Shown: positions 24,863 through 32,000 of the stretch, one piece after another
Layout: the number at the start of each line of letters is the position of its first letter
How positions within the stretch are numbered: position 1 is the stretch's first letter
Source: an uncultured Opitutales bacterium
Lineage (GTDB): Bacteria > Verrucomicrobiota > Verrucomicrobiia > Opitutales > Intestinicryptomonadaceae
DNA: 32,000 nt
Assembly: GCA_934660865.1 (NCBI GenBank)
Contig: CAKUIA010000018.1
Coordinates: 16,363 to 48,362, forward strand
Reading direction: 5' to 3'
Notes under the pieces: model-generated
Database searches by the model: none
What the model was told of the DNA's origin: nothing
What the model saw: only the letters and a program-made list of their open reading frames with translations
Made by a program: the position numbers and the translations under genes

Positions 24863-26152
24863 TTATTGCAAATTTAGCGTTTCCAAAACGGTATCAAAAC
24901 ACCTTTTAGACGCGCCTATGTTCGACGTATGCCAATCTTTGGCGGCTTTGCCTATCTTAAGACGCAAAGATTCGTTTTTTGCAAATTCAAGCAGATTGTC
25001 TACCACTTCGTTTGCGTCTTTTGCGGGCAGGGCGGCCTTTGCGTCTTTTAGGCCTTTGCATGCCGCCTTAAAGTTTGTCATATTGGGCCCGTATGTCATT
25101 GCAATCGAAAGCGCGGCGCAGTCTATCGGCGTTTGCCCGCCGTTGTTTGGAGAAAGGCTTTTGCCTATAAAGGCAAAGTCTGCAACCTGGCTTAAAATAC
25201 GCATTTCGCCCGTAGTGTCGGCAACGTAAATGTCGCACGGGTAATTTGCAACTTTGTTCGCCTTTCTAAAATTGTATTTATAGGGCGTTTTTTTAAGCAC
25301 GTTTTCTATGTCGTTTCGGCGTTCCTCGTGGCGCGGTATTATAAGCAAATTGCACTCAATGCCGCAATTTCTTATCTTTGACAAAGCCTGAAGCAAAACC
25401 TCCTCTTCGGTAGGCCAGGTAGAAGCCCCCATCATTACAAGGGCGTTTTCGCCAAAGCCCATTTGTTTTTTTAGCTCGGATATTTCGCTTTGTCCAAGAT
25501 ATTTGCTTGGCACGGTGTCGAACTTAAGGTTGCCCATTACCGAAATTTTGCCTTCGGCAATTCCCAGCTTTTTAAACCTTTCGGCCTCGGCCGGCGACGC
25601 CGTCAGAATTTTGGAAATAGGCGCAAACATAGCCCTTGCAATTTTGCCGACTTTCGAGTATCTGCCGAAAGATTTGTCCGACATTCTGGCGTTTACCAGC
25701 AGGGTTTTTACGCCGCGCTTTTTTGCCTGGTGCAAGTGTTCGGGCCAAATTTCGCTTTCCATTAAAAGGCACAAGTCGGGCTTAATTGCGTTCCAAGCCA
25801 TTGCCGAAAAGGGGGCAAAGTCCCACGGGAATATGCCTGTGTATACGCAAAGGCTGTCGTATTTATCCTTTAAAATTTTATAGCCCGTGCTTGTTGTAGT
25901 GGTAATTACTAGCTCTACTTTGCCGCTTTCGCTTAAAAGCTTAACCAAAGTGCCTATAGCTTCGGTTTCGCCAACCGAAACCGCCTGAATCCAAATTCTG
26001 GGTTTTTTTGGTTTTGGTAAATTTTTATGCAAACCCAGTCGGTGCTTAAAGTCTTTTGCATAGCCGCCACGCCTAATCATTCGCAACGCGTAGTAGGGCA
26101 TTGCAATCAAAAAGGCGGGCAAAAATATAAGCCTGTAAAACCAAATAAACAT
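24863..26152 (-). CDS. waaA: 3-deoxy-D-manno-octulosonic acid (Kdo) transferase
   Basis: 429 aa. It has an N-terminal membrane helix followed by RIWIQAVSVGETEAIGTLVKLL, a variant of the H/QAxSVGE KdtA signature, and a GT-B-like C-terminal half. Confidence 0.85.
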   Translation of the reverse strand: MFIWFYRLIFLPAFLIAMPYYALRMIRRGGYAKDFKHRLGLHKNLPKPKKPRIWIQAVSVGETEAIGTLVKLLSESGKVELVITTTTSTGYKILKDKYDSLCVYTGIFPWDFAPFSAMAWNAIKPDLCLLMESEIWPEHLHQAKKRGVKTLLVNARMSDKSFGRYSKVGKIARAMFAPISKILTASPAEAERFKKLGIAEGKISVMGNLKFDTVPSKYLGQSEISELKKQMGFGENALVMMGASTWPTEEEVLLQALSKIRNCGIECNLLIIPRHEERRNDIENVLKKTPYKYNFRKANKVANYPCDIYVADTTGEMRILSQVADFAFIGKSLSPNNGGQTPIDCAALSIAMTYGPNMTNFKAACKGLKDAKAALPAKDANEVVDNLLEFAKNESLRLKIGKAAKDWHTSNIGASKRCFDTVLETLNLQ

Positions 26153-26158
26153 TGTGCT

Positions 26159-27424
26159 TTAGGCGTGCTCTAAAACCACAACAGCATTCGCGCCGCCAAA
26201 GCCGCTGCTTAGCGACATCATTTTCTTTACGGGCGTATTTAAAAGCGTCTGTTGCGGAATGTTTAAGCCCTTTGCGCAGTCGTCCATCTCGGTTATATGC
26301 GCCGACCCGGGAACAATATTTTCTTTAAGCGAAAGCGCGCAAAACGCAGCTTCCATTACGCCCGCAAGCGAAAGCCCGTGGCCAGTAATTGCCTTTGTGC
26401 TGCTTATGTAGGCGGTTGTGTTTTCGCCGAATACCTTTTTTATGGCTTTTAGCTCCGCGGCGTCGCCTATTGGGGTTGAAGTTGCATGCGCATTTATGTA
26501 GCCGATTTCTTCGGGCTTAGTGTTTGCCGAAATCAAGGCCCTGTTTATTGCGTTTACCAAGCCTTCGCCTTCGGGGTGCGGAATTGCAACGTTGTAGCCG
26601 TCGCTTGCCTGCCCGAACCCCGAAACTTTTGCGTATATTGGGGCGTTCCTTTGCTTTGCAAATTCCTCTTCCTCTATAATCATACAAGTAGCGCCCGCCG
26701 TGCCTACAAAGCCGTCGCGCTTTTTGTCGAAAGGCCTGGAAGCCGTCATTGGGTCTTTATTCATGCTAAGGGCGCGCATTCCCGCAAAGGGAAGAATTGT
26801 GCGGAAATCGCCGTCTTCGCCGCCTACAACCAACATTCTTTTTTGGCGGCCGCATGCAATTTCGTCGTAGGCAAAGCCCAGGGCGTGGGTAGAGCTTGCG
26901 CACGCGCTTGCAAACCCGCACGAAGCACCCTTAATTTTGTACGCCGAAACCAGATTGTACGAAAGCGTGCCTACAATGGAGGAAACCACGCCCATTGGCG
27001 GGCAGCGCAAAACGCCGAATTTGTCCATTCTTTGCATGTGCGCATACAACATTCCCGCCGAGCCAGCCGACGCCGTATACATGCCCGTTTCCAAATTGTT
27101 GGCAATGTCGTCTAAAGTAAGGTTTGCGTCTTTTAACGCCTGCGAAACTGCGCAATAGGCATACAAAACGTGCGGGGCAAAACCCCTTAAAACTTCGCGC
27201 TTAATAGGGTATATGTCTTTGGGCCAAACCCAGTCTTCGGGGTCGGTTCCCTTTGTCTGAAAGTGCTTTACAGTTCCCGCGCATTTTACGGGAATTTTGT
27301 CGTCCTGAAAATCGGGGTATAATTCTATGCCGTTTTTCAGATTTATAAGGCTGTCTAAAACTTCGGTTTTATCGTTGCCTATGCTTGTTATAAATCCCAA
27401 ACCCGTTACTACAACGTTTTTCAT
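26159..27424 (-). CDS. beta-ketoacyl-ACP synthase, second paralogue (KAS I/II family, FabB-like His motif)
   Basis: 421 aa. The Cys-His-His triad is retained: FASACASSTHALG, NAHATSTPIGD, TGHGLSLAG. The start codon overlaps the stop of the upstream hotdog gene by 1 nt (TAATG). Confidence 0.85.
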   Translation of the reverse strand: MKNVVVTGLGFITSIGNDKTEVLDSLINLKNGIELYPDFQDDKIPVKCAGTVKHFQTKGTDPEDWVWPKDIYPIKREVLRGFAPHVLYAYCAVSQALKDANLTLDDIANNLETGMYTASAGSAGMLYAHMQRMDKFGVLRCPPMGVVSSIVGTLSYNLVSAYKIKGASCGFASACASSTHALGFAYDEIACGRQKRMLVVGGEDGDFRTILPFAGMRALSMNKDPMTASRPFDKKRDGFVGTAGATCMIIEEEEFAKQRNAPIYAKVSGFGQASDGYNVAIPHPEGEGLVNAINRALISANTKPEEIGYINAHATSTPIGDAAELKAIKKVFGENTTAYISSTKAITGHGLSLAGVMEAAFCALSLKENIVPGSAHITEMDDCAKGLNIPQQTLLNTPVKKMMSLSSGFGGANAVVVLEHA

Positions 27425-27885
27425 TATCTTTTATAGTCGAATGTTAAACAAATTCTGTCGGCGTGGGCCGCCTTTTCACCGTTAACGTAGGCGTTTGCCG
27501 AAAACACCATAAGAGGGTGCCTTACAGCCGCAACCTTAATTTCCATATCTATGGTTTCGTTCGGCTTGCAGATTCTTACGCAGCGAATGCCGTCGCACGA
27601 TGTAAAGAAAATTTTGGACGAATCTACGGGGGCTTTTAGGCGCTCGTCTCCCGATTTTAACAGATACAGCAAGCCCATTTGCCCGATTGCCTCTATTGTG
27701 ATTGAAGCGGGGAAAACGGGATTGTTCTTAAAATGCCCCTTAAGGAAAAATTCGTCGCCCCTGATTTTGTACGACGAAACTACTTTGTCTTTTTCTATAA
27801 CCGAGTTTTCCAAAAACAGATACGGAAATTGCTGGGGCATAACCTCGGCAACTTCCTCTTTTGTAAGGGTAATTTTTGTGTCCAT
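27424..27885 (-). CDS. 3-hydroxyacyl-ACP dehydratase, FabZ/FabA-family hotdog protein
   Basis: 153 aa. MPQQFPYLFLENSVIE...FFLKGHFKNNPVFPASITIEAIGQMG parallels the FabZ core (PHRYPFLLVD...GHFP..PVMPGVL.IEA.AQ). The catalytic His and Glu positions are kept. Confidence 0.75.
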   Translation of the reverse strand: MDTKITLTKEEVAEVMPQQFPYLFLENSVIEKDKVVSSYKIRGDEFFLKGHFKNNPVFPASITIEAIGQMGLLYLLKSGDERLKAPVDSSKIFFTSCDGIRCVRICKPNETIDMEIKVAAVRHPLMVFSANAYVNGEKAAHADRICLTFDYKR

Positions 27886-27897
27886 ATAAAAAAATTG

Positions 27898-28866
27898 TTA
27901 GCAAACCAGGCTCGAAAAGTCCGAAAAACTGCCCGTAAAGCCCCCCGGGCGGCCCTTGCATACAACGCTTACGGCGTCGTGCGAGTGCAGGCTTTCGAGG
28001 TGTACGCACGTTATTTCGAAGTCTTTTACGCGGGTGTCGCAGTCGAACTCTTTATGCAAAAGGCGGGCGGCGTCTTCCACAAACTTTACATAGGCGCCGT
28101 TCATTTCGGCAAAAGCCTGCTCGTCTTCGCGCTTAACCATAACCTGGGTTTCGGTTTTAAGGGCGTTAAGGCATTTTGCGTGGATATCCTCGATTGGCAT
28201 GTGCGAGTTTTTTTCAAGCTCCAGGGTAATCCTTGCCCTGCTGCGCTGCGAATGCGGAATGCAGTATATATTGCGCGTGTTGCGCGCGTGTTCGCTAAGC
28301 TCCGAAGAGCAGGGGCATGCCGAAGAATATACAAAGTCGAACGAGACGATTTTTCTGAAACGGTTTAAGTCGTCTATAATGCCTTCGTACGAGCAGTCGT
28401 AATATTGCCAGCCCTTTAGGCCGCTGCGCAAACTTGTTTGCATAATGGGGTACGAAAACCTTATTTTTATTCTCGCTCTGGATGTTTCCAAATCCTTTTT
28501 GTATTGCGCCAAAATCTCCTCGAGCAAATCGGGGGTGAAAACCCTTTCCGAAAAGCGGTAAAAAGTGCGCATTATGCGCGACATATTTATGCCCTTGCTT
28601 TGGGCGGCAAGCGAAACGGTGCCCGTAACCGATGCTTGAACCTGCCGCATTTCGCAATTTGCCCCCATAATGTTTAGCGGCAACTTAAAGTTGTTTATGC
28701 CTACCTGAATTATGGGAATGGGCTTTAGGCCTTCGGTTTCGGTCTTTTCGTTTTGCATGTCGGGCAAAGAATGCACATAGGCTTCGCCCGCCTTAAAGTT
28801 GGCGTCGAATTTTGCAAAATTGTGGGGTATTGCAGCCTCCTGTTGATGGTGTTGCGCTCTTTGCAT
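27898..28866 (-). CDS. folE2: GTP cyclohydrolase I type 2 (FolE2/MptA family)
   Basis: 322 aa. Family blocks are IIQVGINNFKLPL, SLAAQSKGINMSRIMRTF, SSACPCSSELSEH and IPHSQRS. Confidence 0.8.
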   Translation of the reverse strand: MQRAQHHQQEAAIPHNFAKFDANFKAGEAYVHSLPDMQNEKTETEGLKPIPIIQVGINNFKLPLNIMGANCEMRQVQASVTGTVSLAAQSKGINMSRIMRTFYRFSERVFTPDLLEEILAQYKKDLETSRARIKIRFSYPIMQTSLRSGLKGWQYYDCSYEGIIDDLNRFRKIVSFDFVYSSACPCSSELSEHARNTRNIYCIPHSQRSRARITLELEKNSHMPIEDIHAKCLNALKTETQVMVKREDEQAFAEMNGAYVKFVEDAARLLHKEFDCDTRVKDFEITCVHLESLHSHDAVSVVCKGRPGGFTGSFSDFSSLVC

Positions 28867-28874
28867 TGCAAAAA

Positions 28875-30638
28875 CTATCCTACAAAAACAATGTCGGGGT
28901 TAAAGGAAATAACCAGCCTGTATTGTATGCCCGGGCGCATTATAAGCGCATGGTCGCGCTGCAATGTCTGCAAATAGTGTATTTTGCCCCAATAGGTTTT
29001 GTAGTTCGGATCGTCCGAAACAACTTCGGTGTCTTTCCATTCGGCCTGGAAGTCGTCCTTTTCAACCTCAATGCCGAGACCCTTTTCGCCAATGGTGTAC
29101 GAGGCGGGGGCTCTGTATTCGCTGTGGGGGGCTGCAATGGCAACAACAAGCCTCATTTTGTCGAGGGTGGTGGGCACCTTAACGGTGTAGGTAAAGTCGC
29201 CCGTGATTTTGTTGTTGTCGAATGTCCAGCAAACTTTGCACGACGCCAAATTTTTTACAATTTCGCCGTCTTTTGTGGTAAGCTCGGGCTGGTCGTATTT
29301 AAATGTATACGAATTTCTGAGGCCTATGCCGGTTACGCAGTTTTTGCCGTAGAAAGAGGGAATTGTAATCTTGTCGCCGAAAGTAAGCTCGGGAATCATT
29401 ATAGGCAAATAGTTGTTCGACGGCCAGTCGAAAACACCCGGCATATGCGGGAATGCCAAAGTAGAGGTCAAGTCTTCCTGGCTGTCGCCGGGGGCTATTA
29501 GCGGAATGCTTACATGAAGCCCCGTTTCTATGTTTTGGTAGATAAGCACTCCCTGTTCCTTTACCTTGGTTCTGTCGAAGGAAACATAGCGGCAACCCGT
29601 TCTTGCGGGGGTTGTGCGCGACTGCATTGGGCGGTTTACGCTGCGCGCAAGCCTGGACCATTGGCAAAGATAGCGCGCCGCGTCGAAATTCGCCATGCGC
29701 GTTGTTTTCAGCTTAGATGCCGAACGTTCCGCGTCTTCTATAATAAGCGCGCCTTGCTCTTGGTCTATATAAGTCATAAAGAAGAACTGGAAAAGCCTTC
29801 TTAAAATGTCCATATAGTCGGGGATTTTGTCTTCGCTAATCCAGTTGTCGCGCATAGACTGCAAAATCATGCTAATTAGGTGCATTTGCCCGTATGCGCC
29901 AATCTTTTTGCCGAATGCCCAGCCGAGGCCGTCGGCGCGAACCAAGTCGGGGAATATTTTAAGATACTTTTCGGCGTATGTGCGCAAAGAGGGAATTTTT
30001 CTGTCGCGCAAGTGTATGTTTGCGTGCAGCTGCAACGCCTGTCTGATGAATACGAACGCGCCTACGCCCGTGATGTCGAAAATGCCGTCCATTCCGCTTG
30101 CGGGCTTGTCGTCAAAATATTTGCCTGTCGAAAACTGCTCTATGCGCTCTACAAAGCGGTCTATAAGCTTGCCGGTTTCGTCTTTTTTGCTTAGCCCTAT
30201 GCTGAACCTTGCAACGGCTTTTGCAATGTTGTACATCTGAAAGCTGTTTTCGTAGTCGGTTCTTTCAAGCAAGCGTTTGTCGAGGTTTTTGCGCGTGTCT
30301 TCGCTAAGCTTTTCCCAAATTGGATTGCGCTCTTTAGAGGGGTTAAACGACAGCAACCCCAACGCCGAATATGCAAGGCCGTCTTCGCTGTCTATATCGG
30401 CGTTTGCCTGCGCGGTTATGCACTTTGCGCACAAGTCGGCAGTGTCGAAATTTTCGAGCTGGGTAAGCCCCGTGGCCCTATAAAATTCGCCCATGGCCAA
30501 AGCTGCGTGGCCGGGTTCGTCGCGCAAAGGCATTTCGCCTTCGGCGGGAGTTATGGTGCCGTCTTCGTTTACGGCACCCAAGTTGCGGCTCAATATCGAG
30601 CGCGCCATATCCATACATTGCTCGGAGAAATTTAACAT
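28875..30638 (-). CDS. uncharacterised protein (helix-rich N-terminal two-thirds, beta-rich C-terminal third)
   Basis: I place the start at ATG (complement of 30636-30638, MLNFSEQ...) because AGAGGAAG lies 4 nt upstream. The track ORF begins at a TTG at 30695, which is part of a TTGACA hexamer and more likely a -35 box. The protein is 587 aa with no signal peptide, and I recognise no family. It ends 8 nt before folE2. Confidence 0.75.
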   Translation of the reverse strand: MLNFSEQCMDMARSILSRNLGAVNEDGTITPAEGEMPLRDEPGHAALAMGEFYRATGLTQLENFDTADLCAKCITAQANADIDSEDGLAYSALGLLSFNPSKERNPIWEKLSEDTRKNLDKRLLERTDYENSFQMYNIAKAVARFSIGLSKKDETGKLIDRFVERIEQFSTGKYFDDKPASGMDGIFDITGVGAFVFIRQALQLHANIHLRDRKIPSLRTYAEKYLKIFPDLVRADGLGWAFGKKIGAYGQMHLISMILQSMRDNWISEDKIPDYMDILRRLFQFFFMTYIDQEQGALIIEDAERSASKLKTTRMANFDAARYLCQWSRLARSVNRPMQSRTTPARTGCRYVSFDRTKVKEQGVLIYQNIETGLHVSIPLIAPGDSQEDLTSTLAFPHMPGVFDWPSNNYLPIMIPELTFGDKITIPSFYGKNCVTGIGLRNSYTFKYDQPELTTKDGEIVKNLASCKVCWTFDNNKITGDFTYTVKVPTTLDKMRLVVAIAAPHSEYRAPASYTIGEKGLGIEVEKDDFQAEWKDTEVVSDDPNYKTYWGKIHYLQTLQRDHALIMRPGIQYRLVISFNPDIVFVG

Positions 30639-30666
30639 TAGACTTCCTCTATCTGTGAAAAGGCAC

Positions 30667-30695
30667 AATACTTTACATTTGGCGTGTTTTGTCAA
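30667..30695 (-). promoter_or_regulatory. possible promoter of the unknown-folE2-dehydratase-KAS-waaA operon
   Basis: The minus strand reads TTGACA (30695-30690), a 17-nt spacer, then AGTATT (30672-30667, a weak -10). This sits about 30 nt upstream of the SD-preceded ATG at 30638. Confidence 0.3.
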
Positions 30696-30795
30696 TAGTT
30701 AAAAACTATCCGCATTTGCTTAACTATGTGCTTTACAAGGCTTGCGGTTCTGATGTAGGTTTTAGCTTTAGGTATATATGGTTAACGTAAACTTT

Positions 30796-32000
30796 ATGAA
30801 AAACAAAACATTCATTAAACTACTTGGCGCAACTGTTGCGTTTTTAGCTTTTGCGGGGGCGGCTTTTGCAAGCCCCAACAATGCTTGGAACGACATTTCG
30901 CAATTTGCAATAAACAAGGAAGCCCCGCACGCGTTTTTTACGGTGCACACAAATTTTGACGGGGCGGCCACCCCGCTTAGCATAAACGACATAGAAAACA
31001 TCTATGTTGGCGAAAACTACCAAAGCCTAAACGGAAATTGGAAGTTCTTTTTTGCCAGGAATCACGGCGAAGTTAAAGACGAGTTTTTCGCTAAAAACTT
31101 TAACGACAAAAATTGGTATACAATGCCTGTTCCCATGTCGTGGCAGTGCAGGGGGTTCGACAGGGTTTTTTACGACAACACCACCGCAGAGTTTTTCTTC
31201 GACTACAACGGCAATAGGTACGACGCTTTTAAATACGGCAAAAACGGGGCATTCCCGCCAGCTTTAAGCGCACCCTTTATACATAAAGACCACCAACAAG
31301 TTGGGATATACCGCAGGGAATTTAAATTGCCCAAAGATTGGGACAATAAGGAAATTTTTGTAAGGTTCGACGGCGTAAGGACTGGATATAACCTATACAT
31401 AAATGGCAAATATGTGGGCTATAGCGAAGACAGTTTTGTTTCGGCCGAGTTTAATATAACAAAATACATAGAAAAGAACGCCGAAAATACGATAGCTGTA
31501 GAAGTATTTAAATATACAACGGGCGCCTACTACGAAATGCAGGATATGCCGCACGTTTCAGGTATAATAAGAGATGTCGTTTTAATTGCCAGAAACCCGG
31601 TGTATATAGAAGATTATCGCGCAACCTACGAGCTAAACGATAGCCTAGACAAGGCAAAAGTAAATATAACGCTTAAGGTAAAGAACAACTCCAATAAAAA
31701 TGTTGAAGGCGTAAAGCTAACCGCCTATTTGCTAGACGCGCAGGGCAAGCTTGTAAAAAAGATGTTCTCGCAAAAGGTAGATGTAGCCAAAAACGGCGAA
31801 GCCGAAGTTAAAGACTATGCTACAATTCGCAATGTGAAGTTGTGGGATACCGATAACCCCAATTTGTATTATCTAGTTTTTGCTTTGGAAGATGGGAACG
31901 CTTACGAAGCGATTAAGGCCGATTTCGGCTTTAGCAAGTTCGAGATAAACAAGGAAAAACGCTCGTTGGTATTTAACGGCAAGCCCTTCTTAATTAAGGG
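30796..32000 (+). CDS. glycoside hydrolase family 2 beta-galactosidase-like enzyme (3' end cut by window edge)
   Basis: Absent from the ORF track because there is no in-window stop. The frame from ATG 30796 is open to 32000. The signal peptide is MKNKTFIKLLGATVAFLAFAGAAFA. GH2 N-terminal blocks follow: SLNGNWKFFFA, WYTMPVPMSWQCRGFD, IYRREFKLPKDW, FVRFDGVRTGYNLYINGKYVGYSEDSF and YYEMQDMPHVSGIIRDVVL. The last parallels LacZ ...QDMWRMSGIFRDVSL. Confidence 0.85.
   Translation, partial: MKNKTFIKLLGATVAFLAFAGAAFASPNNAWNDISQFAINKEAPHAFFTVHTNFDGAATPLSINDIENIYVGENYQSLNGNWKFFFARNHGEVKDEFFAKNFNDKNWYTMPVPMSWQCRGFDRVFYDNTTAEFFFDYNGNRYDAFKYGKNGAFPPALSAPFIHKDHQQVGIYRREFKLPKDWDNKEIFVRFDGVRTGYNLYINGKYVGYSEDSFVSAEFNITKYIEKNAENTIAVEVFKYTTGAYYEMQDMPHVSGIIRDVVLIARNPVYIEDYRATYELNDSLDKAKVNITLKVKNNSNKNVEGVKLTAYLLDAQGKLVKKMFSQKVDVAKNGEAEVKDYATIRNVKLWDTDNPNLYYLVFALEDGNAYEAIKADFGFSKFEINKEKRSLVFNGKPFLIK

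Noticed and set aside
704-29501. Many long antisense ORFs, e.g. 704-1384(+), 3889-4533(+), 12451-13161(-), 14981-15571(-), 18484-19287(-), 23751-24335(+), 26486-27115(+), 27733-28368(+), 28812-29501(+). I considered them as possible overlapping or antisense genes.
   Set aside because: Each is fully embedded opposite a gene with strong family-level evidence. Their translations are low-complexity (S/F/A/R/L-rich). The host codon usage (few TTA/CTA/TCA codons) naturally removes stops from the antisense frames. I see no independent start signals.
30639-30695. TTG-initiated 19-codon extension of the 606-aa track ORF
   Set aside because: The downstream ATG at 30638 has a strong AGAGGAAG SD 4 nt upstream. 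The TTG is part of a TTGACA hexamer that fits better as a -35 box.
30768-31001. Track ORF 30768-31001(-), 77 aa
   Set aside because: It overlaps the signal peptide and N-terminus of the well-supported GH2 gene starting at 30796 on the plus strand. It is an antisense shadow ORF.
1-32000. Search for tRNA/rRNA genes, CRISPR arrays, IS elements, integrases, toxin-antitoxin pairs or defence-system genes
   Set aside because: I saw no T-loop/acceptor-like tRNA sequences in intergenic DNA, no regularly spaced repeats, and no transposase, integrase, nuclease or helicase-like ORFs. No intergenic gap exceeds about 210 bp, and all gaps are accounted for by promoters and terminators.

Overview
This is a chromosomal, mostly housekeeping window from a diderm bacterium. 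The waaA/kdtA gene is present, GC looks moderate by eye, and the TCG/GCG/AAA-rich codon usage leaves many long stop-free antisense frames. I can support about 27 protein genes, two of them cut by the window edges and absent from the ORF track. I found no RNA genes, CRISPR arrays, mobile elements or defence genes.

Layout:
- Minus-strand string hflX, trpS, a membrane coiled-coil protein, hisF (1-4517).
- Plus-strand holA-like gene, Sel1-repeat protein, acpP-fabF-valS (4607-11487).
- Convergent rpmI-rplT with no infC.
- Plus-strand string of a lipoprotein, M42 peptidase, hemD, a GH-like lipoprotein, five gspG/H/I/J/K-like pseudopilin genes and a PilT-family ATPase (12437-22182).
- A secreted LamG plus beta-helix protein on the minus strand.
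- A tightly packed minus-strand operon of an unknown protein, folE2, a hotdog dehydratase, a KAS and waaA (24863-30638).
- A partial GH2 beta-galactosidase at the 3' edge.

The most unusual content is the T2SS-type pseudopilin operon. It ends in a PilT-type (retraction-family) ATPase and has no secretin, GspE or GspF in cis. All four of its prepilin junctions read Ala|Phe instead of Gly|Phe. The rest of the window looks ordinary. All novelty claims are moderate and need database and synteny checks that I cannot run here.
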